NCBI GenBank assembly: GCA_963759765.1
Contig: CAVXAL010000002.1
Span: 621,710-685,709 of the forward strand
Direction: 5' to 3'
Source of the DNA: Candidatus Aminicenantes bacterium
GTDB lineage: Bacteria > Acidobacteriota > Aminicenantia > UBA2199
DNA length: 64,000 bases
Shown: positions 30,392-39,282 of the stretch, one piece after another
Position numbering within the stretch: the first letter of the stretch is position 1
How the letters are laid out: the number at the start of each line of letters is the position of its first letter
Program-made: the position numbers and the translations under genes
The notes under the pieces: model-generated
Seen by the model: only the letters and a program-made list of their open reading frames with translations
Database searches by the model: none
Told to the model about the DNA's origin: nothing

Positions 30392-31313
30392 GGTCGCGGA
30401 TGACCTGACGTTTTCTCCGGGCGAGCCGGAAAAGGGGTCCTGCCTTCATCAGGCGGATTATAATTCCCGGTGAACGCGCTGTCAACGCGCCCACCCAGGC
30501 CGCATCGCGGACGAGCATGAAAGGGATGGTCCACCAGAAGCGCCGCCAGCGGAAATTCTTGATCAGGGTGAGGTAACGGTTTTTGACCAGATGGAATTGG
30601 ATGTCGGGAGGGCGGGCCAGGGCCAGGGAATAGCGAGCCAGCCGGTTTTTCACGAGAGTGCCGCTGCGCTGGTGGGTGAGGACGGCGGCGGGCTGGAAAT
30701 AGACGCGGATGCCCAGCAGCTGGGCGCGCCAGCCGATATCGAAATCTTCCCAGAAAAGGAAAAAATCTTCGTCGTAGTATTCATCGCCGATACGCAAGCG
30801 CTCGAGTGCCGGCCGGGAGAACACGGTGGCGGCGCCGCAGCAGGAGAAGGTCTCTCCGGCTCTCAGGTTCAGCCGCTGGCGGGGGCGGTTGTAGCCGATT
30901 TCGCGGGGATGCAGGGCCGGGGAATAGGTTTGGCCGGCCGAATCCACGGTCTGTCGGTCCGGGCGCAGCAACAGGGGGGAAAGCAGACCGAGGCCGGGCT
31001 GCCGGGTGAATGTGTCCAGCACGGCCTGGTTGAAATCGGGGTTGAACACGGTGTCGCTGTTGGCCACCAGGATCAGGTCGGTGTCGGCCAGACGGATGCC
31101 CAGGTTGGCGGCAGCCGGGTAGCCCAGGTTCTTCTGCAAGCGGACCGCCTGCACCCCGGGTGTGGCGGCGCTCAGGTCGGGCGAGCGGTCGTCAGAGGCG
31201 TTGTCAATGACAATGATCTGTTTGAACGGCCGGCTCTGGGAGCGTAGCGACGCCAGGTTGGCGGGCAGGAACTTTTCCGAATTGTAGCTGACGATGACCG
31301 CGGCGATATCCAC
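30384..31313 (-). CDS. glycosyltransferase family 2
   Basis: AVIVSYNSEKFL, VIDNASDD, DxD region. Confidence 0.8.
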   Translation of the reverse strand: MDIAAVIVSYNSEKFLPANLASLRSQSRPFKQIIVIDNASDDRSPDLSAATPGVQAVRLQKNLGYPAAANLGIRLADTDLILVANSDTVFNPDFNQAVLDTFTRQPGLGLLSPLLLRPDRQTVDSAGQTYSPALHPREIGYNRPRQRLNLRAGETFSCCGAATVFSRPALERLRIGDEYYDEDFFLFWEDFDIGWRAQLLGIRVYFQPAAVLTHQRSGTLVKNRLARYSLALARPPDIQFHLVKNRYLTLIKNFRWRRFWWTIPFMLVRDAAWVGALTARSPGIIIRLMKAGPLFRLARRKRQVIRDHE

Positions 31314-31323
31314 GAACCGAAGG

Positions 31324-32508
31324 TCAGTGGATCAGTCCCAGCATTTTGCCGCCCTGATGGAAACCCTTGAGGATAAAATCCAGATCCGCGTCGGTATGGG
31401 TGGCGGTGAAGGAGGTGCGGATCAGCGAGTCTTCCGGGGGCACGGCCGGGGCGATGACTGGGTTGGTAAAGATGCCGTATTCGCGCAGGAATTTCCAGAG
31501 CATGAAGGTCTTCTTCTCGTCGTGGATGAACACCGGGATGATCGCCGTCTCGGTGTTGCCGGTATGGTACCCCATCACGGTCAGTTCTTTGTTCATGATC
31601 TTGGTGATCTGCCAGAGTCGTTCCCGCCTCCAGGGCTCGCTCTGGATGATCTCCAGGGCCTTGTGGGCCGCGCCCAGGGCCGCGGGCGTGATCGAGGCAG
31701 AAAACATCAGGGCGCGGGCGTGGTGTTTGATGTACTGGATGACCTTGCTGTCGCCGCAGACAAAACCGCCCAGCGAGGCGAAGGATTTGGAGAAGGTGGT
31801 CATGATCAGGTCCACCTCGTTCATGACGCCGAAATGCTCGGTGCTGCCGCGGCCGTTCTTGCCCAGAACGCCAACGCCGTGGGCGTCGTCGACCATCAGC
31901 CGCGCCTTGTATTTCTTGGCCAGTTTGACCACCTGGGGCAAGTTGGCCATGTCGCCTTCCATGCTGAAGACGCCGTCGACAATGATCAATTTGCCCCGGT
32001 CATCGGGCTGCTGCTTCAGCTTCTCCTCCAGATCCTGCATGTCGTTGTGGGTGAATTTGACCACGTGGCCATAGGAGAGGCGCACGCCGTCCATGATCGA
32101 GGCGTGCACCAGGCGATCGACGATGATCGTGTCGTGTCGGCTGACAATAGCGGATATGGTTCCCAGGTTGGTCTGCATGCCGGTGGAGAAAGCCAACGCC
32201 TCTTCCTTGCCCATGAACTTGGCCAACTTCTCCTCGAGCTCCACGTGCAACGAATAGGTGCCGTTGAGAAAACGGGAACCGCAGGTGGAGGAGCCGTAGT
32301 GGCGCACCGCTTCGATGGCCGCCTCTTTGATCCGAGGATCGTCAAAGAGGCCGAGGTAATTGTTGGACCCGACCATCAGGATTTTCTTGCCGCTGACCCA
32401 GACGTAATTGCCTTCCACTTTCTCGATTTCGGTGAAGAAGGGGTAAAGGCCGGACTTCTTGGTTTCTTCGGCGCGGGTAAATTCGAAGCATTTCTTGAAA
32501 AGATCCAT
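31324..32508 (-). CDS. alpha-oxoamine synthase family PLP enzyme, serine palmitoyltransferase-like
   Basis: GSNNYLGL, DDAHG, PLP-lysine block TFSKSFASLGGFV (TFSKS typical of Spt rather than KBL/BioF GTLxKA). Confidence 0.7.
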   Translation of the reverse strand: MDLFKKCFEFTRAEETKKSGLYPFFTEIEKVEGNYVWVSGKKILMVGSNNYLGLFDDPRIKEAAIEAVRHYGSSTCGSRFLNGTYSLHVELEEKLAKFMGKEEALAFSTGMQTNLGTISAIVSRHDTIIVDRLVHASIMDGVRLSYGHVVKFTHNDMQDLEEKLKQQPDDRGKLIIVDGVFSMEGDMANLPQVVKLAKKYKARLMVDDAHGVGVLGKNGRGSTEHFGVMNEVDLIMTTFSKSFASLGGFVCGDSKVIQYIKHHARALMFSASITPAALGAAHKALEIIQSEPWRRERLWQITKIMNKELTVMGYHTGNTETAIIPVFIHDEKKTFMLWKFLREYGIFTNPVIAPAVPPEDSLIRTSFTATHTDADLDFILKGFHQGGKMLGLIH

Positions 32509-32556
32509 GCTTAACTCCTGTTTGCAATATTTATAGGCATGTCATAAAATGGGGAC

Positions 32557-33522
32557 ATGAACGTGCTGGTCACGGGCGGAACCGGCTTTGTGGGTCGACA
32601 CCTGCTGGAGGCGTTGCACAGGGAGCACCAGATCTATGCCCTGGCCCGCCAGCCGGCCAAGCTCGACGTCCTGCCTTTCCGGGACCGCCTGCGGGTGATC
32701 CGCGGCGACCTGTTTGCCAGCGAGCCCTTCCCCGACGACATTGAACTCGTTTTCCACCTGGCGGCCGTGACCAAGGTGGTCTCGTCCGCCGAATTTCTGC
32801 ACATCAACCGGGATGGGACTCTGGCGTTGCTGAAACGGTTGGTGGCGCTCCCGCGCTTGAAAAAGGTACTGACGATTTCCTCCATAGCTGCGGCCGGCCC
32901 TTCGTCCGCCGGCCAGCCCCTGCGGGAGGAGATGCCCGCCCGTCCGGTTTCCCTTTACGGTAAAAGCAAACTGTTGCAGGAAGAGGCGGTGCGCAGTTGC
33001 TCGCCGGCGCCCTTTTTGATTGTCCGCGCGCCGATCGTCTTCGGCCCGGGCGACCTGGACATGCTCGGCCTGCTGCGCCCGATCAACCGGGGATTCCTGC
33101 CCATCCCGAGCGGGCAGGTACGCCGGTATTCGTTGATCTATGTCAAAGACCTGGTGCAAGGCTTGCTGACGCTGGCTTTTAGCCCCATCACCAACGACCT
33201 GTTCTATATGGCCAATCCGGAGCCATTGGACTTGGAAAGCTTCGGCCGGCTGGTCGGCCCACTGTTGGGACGCCCAAAGCTCCGCCGTGTACGCGTACCG
33301 GTGGGCCTCGGACCTCTGTTGGGCTGGCTGGTGGAAACAGGATCCCGCGCCATCGGGCGTCGGGCCATCTTCAACCGGGACAAGGTCCGAGAGTTTAAGC
33401 AGCCGGATTGGGTTTGTTCGCCGGAGAAAATCAAACGGGCGGTTCAGTTCATCGCCCGCTGGCCTCTGGTTGAGGCCTGGGCTGAAACCATCGCCTGGTA
33501 CAGGCAGAACCGGCTGCTGTGA
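32557..33522 (+). CDS. NAD-dependent epimerase/dehydratase (extended SDR)
   Basis: VTGGTGFVG Rossmann motif, YGKSK catalytic YxxxK. Confidence 0.8.
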   Translation: MNVLVTGGTGFVGRHLLEALHREHQIYALARQPAKLDVLPFRDRLRVIRGDLFASEPFPDDIELVFHLAAVTKVVSSAEFLHINRDGTLALLKRLVALPRLKKVLTISSIAAAGPSSAGQPLREEMPARPVSLYGKSKLLQEEAVRSCSPAPFLIVRAPIVFGPGDLDMLGLLRPINRGFLPIPSGQVRRYSLIYVKDLVQGLLTLAFSPITNDLFYMANPEPLDLESFGRLVGPLLGRPKLRRVRVPVGLGPLLGWLVETGSRAIGRRAIFNRDKVREFKQPDWVCSPEKIKRAVQFIARWPLVEAWAETIAWYRQNRLL

Positions 33523-34002
33523 CTCTTCCTTTTTTAACTTGACATTTTTCCGTGAATTGAACTCGCAATAGAATTTTTGGGAGGTCTTGATATACCAGTC
33601 TTCTTTGGAATAGGCGGTGAAGATGACCTCGCCGCTGATCGTTTGCCTGCCGATCAGGGCGGTTTCACTGACTTTGAAGGGGATTTCGATCTCTTTCTGC
33701 AGGTCGAGAAATACCTTCTCTTTCTCCTGGACGGTGGGTAAGTTGAGTTCCGAGCCGATGAAAAACATCTTGGCAAAGGAGCAGTTTCCGTTCTCAGCCA
33801 GTTTGATCATGAATTCCGGGTTCGAGGATATCTTGATGTCGGAACGGGGGCTGATCTTGATTTTCAGCATCCCCTCCTCCCCTTGGCGGATGATGGGGGG
33901 AGTGACTGTCGCATCGATCTTGAGAAAATCCTCCTGGCTGATCAGGGGGAAGCAAATGGTAAGAAAAATTCCCCCGGCAATGGCGTTGCGGCGGAAATTC
34001 AT
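33523..34002 (-). CDS. secreted hypothetical protein, lower-GC; 3' end unresolved
   Basis: MNFRRNAIAGGIFLTICFPLISQ signal peptide. ORF frame has no stop until 32542, which would mean a ~480-nt antisense overlap with the epimerase gene; true end probably near 33523-33560 with an indel. Confidence 0.35.
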
Positions 34003-34091
34003 GTCAGTCATATATACCATTTTGCCTGCGCTGTCAATCAGCTGCAGAGCCAGTCCGAGGGGTGGTAATGGGGGTTGGTGCTGAAAGAGAG

Positions 34092-34508
34092 CTAGTTTTG
34101 CGACCCGGCCGGTAATTTTCTCTCGAGAATATCTTTGATGGAGATATACAGAAATCGGGTCTGTATAGCCTGTTCCAGAATTTCCCAAACCGATTTGGCC
34201 AGGCAACTTTCCACCAGCGGACATTTTTTATCGTTCAGGCAATCGGTCAAATATATTTTTTCGTCGAAGGCGTCCATGATCATCTTGATAGTGATCTCCT
34301 CTGGTTTCTTATTCAACACGTAGCCGCCGTATATGCCTTGGACGCTTTTGATGATGGCGGCTTTTTCCAGAGGGCCGGCCAGTTTACGCAGGTACTTGGA
34401 GGATACCTTGATCTCGTTTCCCAGCTTGCTGGTATTGATCACCCGGTTTTCCCGGGCGATCCCCAAGACCATGCGCAGGCCGTAACGGATTTTGGTATTC
34501 ATTTTCAT
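34092..34508 (-). CDS. Rrf2 family transcriptional regulator with three-Cys Fe-S ligand motif
   Basis: N-terminal wHTH (KIRYGLRMVLGIA); CLNDKKCPLVESC (C-x6-C-x5-C). Confidence 0.8.
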   Translation of the reverse strand: MKMNTKIRYGLRMVLGIARENRVINTSKLGNEIKVSSKYLRKLAGPLEKAAIIKSVQGIYGGYVLNKKPEEITIKMIMDAFDEKIYLTDCLNDKKCPLVESCLAKSVWEILEQAIQTRFLYISIKDILERKLPAGSQN

Positions 34509-34671
34509 GAAAGAAAATATAACTCATCTGGTTTTAATTGTCAATTGTCAAGTCTTTTTTTCTTAATTTTTTATTTTGTGTAGAAAAAAGGTAAATTTTC
34601 CTGCAATATCGGCTATTTTGCTAAATGAACGCTTTCCGGGTCTTGTGCTGAAAAAAAGTGAGGTGCTGGCC

Positions 34672-35670
34672 CTATTTCTCTTTTTGCAGCCCTTTCAGAA
34701 ATTCCTCGGAAGCTATCTTGAGCTTGCGCAGTTCGGTGAATTTGGCCACCAGCCGGTCCCTTTCTTTCCAGTGCTCGTCATGTCTGCTGGAATCGATCTT
34801 GTCTTTTTCCACGTTGAGCAAGCCCATGTAGCTCCAGGGGTCCGGGTAATTGGGTTCCAGCTCGGCTGCTTTCTGGAGTGCGGCCAGTCCCTTATCGATG
34901 ATTGCTTGCCTTTCCTTGGGTGCCATCAAATCGGGCGGGGTCTGATAGCTGTGGGCCCAGCAGAGATGGCCGACGCGGTAATAAGCGTCCGCCAGCATGC
35001 TGGTTTTTTCCTTCTCATCGAGGTCGGTCAGCTGCTGGATTTTTTGGAGCCGCAGCTCTTGGTATTTCATAGCGTCATCCCATTTTTTACGGTCAAAATA
35101 ATAGCGGGCCAGGAACAGATACCCTTCCGGGTCATTGGGGTTGAGGTCGATCCGTTTCTGGAACATCTCCACGGCTTTGTCGCCTTTATTGTAACTGGTA
35201 TAGAAATCCGCCAGCACGCTGTAAATCTTGGGATCGTTGGGATTGTTTTCCAGTACTTTAAGAAAATATTTTTCGGCTTCCTCGAAGTTTTTCGTCTTGT
35301 CGTTGATATCGCCCAGGGCCAGGATAATGTCCTTGTTATTCGGGTCCACGTCCAGGGCCTTCTGCAAGTAATCCTTGGCATTGGCGGCCAGTTCTTTGTT
35401 ATTCGGCGTATCGTCGCCGGGCTTGTAGAGCATGGCGTAGGCGGTTCCCAGGTAGAAATAGACGGCTTTGAAATTGGGATTGAGTTTCAGGGCCTCCTCG
35501 TATTCGCTGACCGCTTTCTTATACTTTTCTTCCGAATAGTATTTATTGGCCGTTTTAAAATGACTGTTGGCTTTCAAGTTAGCCACTTTGAATTTTTGGC
35601 AGGCAGAAAAGCCGAGAACGATCACCCCCAGCAAGCACATTACCAGCAGGGCGGATGACAATTTTTTCAT
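34672..35670 (-). CDS. TPR-repeat lipoprotein
   Basis: MKKLSSALLVMCLLGVIVLGFSAC lipoprotein signal with GGAGG RBS; multiple TPR units (LNPNxxxxYxxLGxxY). Confidence 0.75.
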   Translation of the reverse strand: MKKLSSALLVMCLLGVIVLGFSACQKFKVANLKANSHFKTANKYYSEEKYKKAVSEYEEALKLNPNFKAVYFYLGTAYAMLYKPGDDTPNNKELAANAKDYLQKALDVDPNNKDIILALGDINDKTKNFEEAEKYFLKVLENNPNDPKIYSVLADFYTSYNKGDKAVEMFQKRIDLNPNDPEGYLFLARYYFDRKKWDDAMKYQELRLQKIQQLTDLDEKEKTSMLADAYYRVGHLCWAHSYQTPPDLMAPKERQAIIDKGLAALQKAAELEPNYPDPWSYMGLLNVEKDKIDSSRHDEHWKERDRLVAKFTELRKLKIASEEFLKGLQKEK

Positions 35671-35758
35671 ACGGACCTCCTCAACATTGAGATACATATA
35701 TAACGGAATATCGCCCAAAAGTCAAGTTTCATCCGGCCTCAATCTGCTGCCGGGGAAT

Positions 35759-36793
35759 TTAACTGTCTCGATCTTGTTGCATGGTCTCCCAGGTCTTTTT
35801 GAAGATGTCCGGGGAATCCAGATGGTAGGGGCATTTCTCCACGCAGGAGCGGCAGGCGACGCAGTCCTTGAAGCTTTTATTCAGGGCATTCAGCCGTTCC
35901 CAGACCCAATCCTTTAGTTCGTAGAGGAAATAGTAGTTCTTCAGCACGTGCAGGAAAGCGATGGGCAGGCCCTGGGGGCAGGGCATGCAGTATTCGCAGC
36001 GGCGGCAGAAATTCTCACCCAGCCGTTCCTTTTCCCGTTCCAGGTGTTTCCGCTCGGAAGCGGTCAGGGGAGTCAGGTGCTGCAGTGCAGCCAGGTTGCG
36101 GCGGATCTGGGTGAGGGAATTCATACCCGGGATGGCCACCTCGATGCCGCTGCTGAAAATGAAACGGAAGTTGAGGGCGATTTCGCGGATGTTGCCGCCG
36201 CCGATCGGTTTCATGGCGATGGTGCCGATGTGCTGGCGACGGGCATGGGGGAGGAGCTCTTCGGCGGCCGCGCTTTCGATGTGGTTAAAGGGAACTTGGA
36301 TGGTGGCAAACGCAAAGGCCTGCAAGGCCTTGAGCACGATCCAGGGTTTGTGGCCGGAAAGTCCGATATGCCGGATTTTACCACGCTCCTGGGCCTTGAC
36401 CATGGCGGACAGCGCGCCGCCCGGCGCCAGCACTCTGTCCAATTCGGCCTCGCTGGCCACGTTGTGACACTGGTAAATATCAATGCAATCGGTTTGCAGC
36501 TGGCGCAGGCTGGTCTCGATGTCCCTTTCCACCTGGCCAGCGTCGCGGCTGAGTGTCTTGCTGGCGATGACCACCTGACCGCGGTGGCGGGAAAGGACCC
36601 GACCCAGCTTCAGCTCACTGTCGGTATAAACGCGGGCGCTGTCGAAAAAATTGATGCCCATCTCGACGGCGCGTTCCAGCAGCCGGTCGCTGGCGCGCAG
36701 AGAGAGCCGCTGGATGGGAATGCCGCCCATGCCCATGCGGCAGACCTGCAACCCGGTGCGCCCCAGCATGATCGGCGTGTTTGCCTTGGCCAT
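35759..36793 (-). CDS. aldo/keto reductase with C-terminal 4Fe-4S ferredoxin-type cysteine cluster
   Basis: AKR barrel motifs (GMGGIP, FFDSARVY, IGLSGH); C-terminal CRRCEYCMPCP...CVACRSCVEKCP; start at MAKANTP to avoid overlap with maf. Confidence 0.75.
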   Translation of the reverse strand: MAKANTPIMLGRTGLQVCRMGMGGIPIQRLSLRASDRLLERAVEMGINFFDSARVYTDSELKLGRVLSRHRGQVVIASKTLSRDAGQVERDIETSLRQLQTDCIDIYQCHNVASEAELDRVLAPGGALSAMVKAQERGKIRHIGLSGHKPWIVLKALQAFAFATIQVPFNHIESAAAEELLPHARRQHIGTIAMKPIGGGNIREIALNFRFIFSSGIEVAIPGMNSLTQIRRNLAALQHLTPLTASERKHLEREKERLGENFCRRCEYCMPCPQGLPIAFLHVLKNYYFLYELKDWVWERLNALNKSFKDCVACRSCVEKCPYHLDSPDIFKKTWETMQQDRDS

Positions 36794-36803
36794 GTTCAGA
36801 ACA

Positions 36804-37379
36804 TCACGACGAAAAAAGGGGCAGTCGCAACCGTTCTGCCATGCGGTAGAACAGGTTGAGGGGAAAGCCCACGACATTGAAAAAGCACCCGTCGATCCTT
36901 TCCACGAACAGGGCCGCCCGGCCCTGGATGGCGTAGGCGCCCGCCTTGTCCAACACCGACTCGTGGTCCAGGTAAGAACGGATCTCGCTGTCTTTCAGCG
37001 CTCTGAAATAGACGGTGGTGCGCTCAATTTCAAAATGAGTTTCCCCCCGATGCATCAGGGCGATGCCGGTCCACACCTCGTGGCATCGGCCCGAAAGCCG
37101 GCGCAGCATGGCCAACGCTTCTTGCGGGTCGCGCGGCTTACCCAACACCTGCTGGTCGACCCGCACGATGGTGTCGGCGCTGATGATCAGCGAGGAGAAA
37201 TGACGGCTCTGGTAGACGTTGATCCCTTTGGCGATCGTGATCCGTTGCACGAATTTTTCCGTGGTTTCGCCGGTACGGGGCGTTTCGGCGATATCGGGGA
37301 TAATGACCTGGGGATCCAGGCCCACCAATTTGAGCAGTTCCCTGCGGCGGGGCGAGCCGGAGGCGAGGATGACATTCAT
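36804..37379 (-). CDS. maf: Maf family nucleoside triphosphate pyrophosphatase
   Basis: ILASGSPRRRELL, SADTIV, AYAIQG blocks. Confidence 0.8.
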   Translation of the reverse strand: MNVILASGSPRRRELLKLVGLDPQVIIPDIAETPRTGETTEKFVQRITIAKGINVYQSRHFSSLIISADTIVRVDQQVLGKPRDPQEALAMLRRLSGRCHEVWTGIALMHRGETHFEIERTTVYFRALKDSEIRSYLDHESVLDKAGAYAIQGRAALFVERIDGCFFNVVGFPLNLFYRMAERLRLPLFSS

Positions 37380-37819
37380 CGATTGAAGAAGCGGCGAATT
37401 TTCTTCGCGTAGGTGGGGGCCAGGCGCAACCGCTCGCCGCGGCCGATGAATTCCTTTAGCTCCGTCAGGGAGCAGATTCGGTGGTTTTGGTATATCTTGA
37501 AAACCGTTTTAGGACCGATGCCCTTGATTTGGGACAGTTCATACAGGCTCTCGGGCAGTTCCTGCAACTGGCGGGTCAGGGCTTTGATCTCGCCCAGGAT
37601 GATCAGGTCCTCGATCTTTTTGGCGATGATCTTGCCGATGCCGGAAATCTGGGTCAAGTCCTGCCCGCTGAGCAGAAGCTCTTCGACGGACTGGGGGTGT
37701 TTGCTGACGCAGCGGGCCGCCTTGCGGTAGGCATTGATCTTGAACTGGTTTTCGTTTTTGATGGCCAGGAAAAAGGAGAGTTTGTCCAGCGCTTGGGCTA
37801 TTTCCTGATTGTTCATCAT
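37376..37819 (-). CDS. standalone PolX N-terminal-like helix-hairpin-helix protein
   Basis: 8-kDa-domain-like NQEIAQALDKLSFFLAIKNENQFKINAYRKAA followed by GIGKIIAKKI and GIGPKTVFKI HhH motifs; 147 aa, no polymerase palm. Confidence 0.55.
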   Translation of the reverse strand: MMNNQEIAQALDKLSFFLAIKNENQFKINAYRKAARCVSKHPQSVEELLLSGQDLTQISGIGKIIAKKIEDLIILGEIKALTRQLQELPESLYELSQIKGIGPKTVFKIYQNHRICSLTELKEFIGRGERLRLAPTYAKKIRRFFNR

Positions 37820-37860
37820 GCACCCGCGCTATCATAGCAGAATCATCGGTAAATGTAAAT

Positions 37861-37889
37861 TTGACTTTGCGGCCTATCTCCGTTACAAT
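37861..37889 (+). promoter_or_regulatory. consensus sigma70 promoter TTGACT-17-TACAAT, TSS predicted ~37896 at a GTG codon (leaderless?)
   Basis: ttgact ttgcggcctatctccgt tacaat gcggcc gtg. Confidence 0.4.
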
Positions 37890-37895
37890 GCGGCC

Positions 37896-38480
37896 GTGTT
37901 CAAGATCGCGTTTTCCGGCCTTCCCGCCTGCGGCAAGACGGCGGTGCTCGCCGAGGTAAAGAAGATCCTGGCCCTCAAGGCCCCGGTGGCCGAGGTGGCG
38001 GACATCTGCCGGAGCAACCCCTATGACATCGATCAGAAGTCGGGTTTTGTCTCGCAATTTTTTTTCATGACCAATCAGGTCAACGAAGAGAATATCGTGG
38101 CCGCCAGCAATCCCGAGATCCTGCTCTGCGATCGGTCGGTTCTCGACCAGTGGGTCTATTGGCAGAAATTTCGCGCCGCCGCTCCAGCCAACGGCTCCTT
38201 GCTGGAGAAGGAACAACTGCTGGAGCATCTCTACCGCTTCTGGATCAAGACCTATACCCTGATCTTTCATATCCGCGCCGACGTCAAGATCCTGCGCGGC
38301 CGCAAGACGCCCAACCGTTTCAAGAACATGGGCGTCCAGGAACTGATGGCGATGGAGAGGTTGTTTCTCCAGACCATTCAGGAGGACGGGTTGCCGGCGC
38401 TGGACATCTGGAATCAAGGCTCGGTGGATGAAGCGGCCCAGCAAGCGGTGGCGGAAATATCTAGCCGGAACCTGATCTGA
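37896..38480 (+). CDS. P-loop NTPase, deoxynucleoside kinase-like
   Basis: GLPACGKT Walker A, LCDRS and IRADVKILRGRKTPNRF LID-like region; start ambiguous between ATG 37809 (within promoter) and GTG 37896 at predicted TSS. Confidence 0.55.
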   Translation: MFKIAFSGLPACGKTAVLAEVKKILALKAPVAEVADICRSNPYDIDQKSGFVSQFFFMTNQVNEENIVAASNPEILLCDRSVLDQWVYWQKFRAAAPANGSLLEKEQLLEHLYRFWIKTYTLIFHIRADVKILRGRKTPNRFKNMGVQELMAMERLFLQTIQEDGLPALDIWNQGSVDEAAQQAVAEISSRNLI

Positions 38481-38484
38481 ACGC

Positions 38485-39282
38485 ATGGGCCGCGGAGGCG
38501 TGCTGCGGGTCAGGCTGGCGGGTTTCAATGTCGACGCCGATACCCTGAAGCGTTGCCAGCAGCGGGTGCGGAGCCCGCTGACGCCGGAAACGCTGAGCGC
38601 CGCTTATGCCCGCATCAGCCGCAGCCCGCTGGATATCGTGCGGCTGCGCCGCAACGCCCGGCGCGATGTGGCCCGCGCCCGCGCCTCCAACCGGACGATC
38701 ATCTTCGACATGGGGCACCATTCGGTGGCTGAGCACGCGGTATTCAATTTCGACATCATGGCTGTGTCACGGCTGGCCCTGGAGGAAATCGAACAATTCC
38801 GGCTCGCCTCATACACCGAGAAGTCCCAGCGCTACGTAACCCTGGCAGGGGATTTTGTCGTTCCTGGGGAAATCCGGGAGCGTGGCGACCGCCGCTTATT
38901 TGTAGCCGCGGTCGAGCGGCAGAACGAATTTTACCGCCAGGCCCTGGCTCGGTTGCTGGAGCGAGGGAAGAATTCCTCGGATCTGAGCGAACGGCAACTC
39001 GAGGGCCAGGCCAAGGAGGATGCCCGCTATATCCTCTCTCTGGCCACCGCCGGCCAGGTGGGCATGACCCTCAACGCCCGCACCCTGGAACACCTGTTCC
39101 GGCGTTTCCGTGCCAGCCGGCGGCAGGAGGTGCGCCGCCTGGGTGAAAAACTATTCGCTCTGGTGCTGCCCATCGCCCCGTCGCTGATTCTCTTTCCCGA
39201 GCCGTCGGCCTTTGAACTGGACGTGCATGCTGTCCTCGAGGAGAAACTGGCCTCCCGGGTCCCGGCAAAAGGACCCGGTTGA
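38485..39282 (+). CDS. ThyX-like (FAD-dependent thymidylate synthase family) protein A with degenerate signature
   Basis: GHHSVAEHAVFNFDI and ...FRLASYTEKSQRYV align to the ThyX signature region RHRxxSxxxxSxRY but RHR is replaced by FRL. Confidence 0.6.
   Translation: MGRGGVLRVRLAGFNVDADTLKRCQQRVRSPLTPETLSAAYARISRSPLDIVRLRRNARRDVARARASNRTIIFDMGHHSVAEHAVFNFDIMAVSRLALEEIEQFRLASYTEKSQRYVTLAGDFVVPGEIRERGDRRLFVAAVERQNEFYRQALARLLERGKNSSDLSERQLEGQAKEDARYILSLATAGQVGMTLNARTLEHLFRRFRASRRQEVRRLGEKLFALVLPIAPSLILFPEPSAFELDVHAVLEEKLASRVPAKGPG

Noticed and set aside
32542-34224. 560-aa minus-strand ORF
   Set aside because: Mostly antisense to the SDR epimerase (which has the GTGGTGFVG/YxxxK motifs). Only the AT-rich 5' third with a signal peptide looks coding.
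39279-39282. Possibility that ThyX-like A and B are one gene split by an indel
   Set aside because: Each ORF contains a complete ThyX-like domain (N-terminal core plus C-terminal AQWDIR-type helix) of normal length (~220-265 aa), and the TTGA junction is a typical coupled stop/start. Kept as two genes, but fusion cannot be excluded given the indel-rich assembly.
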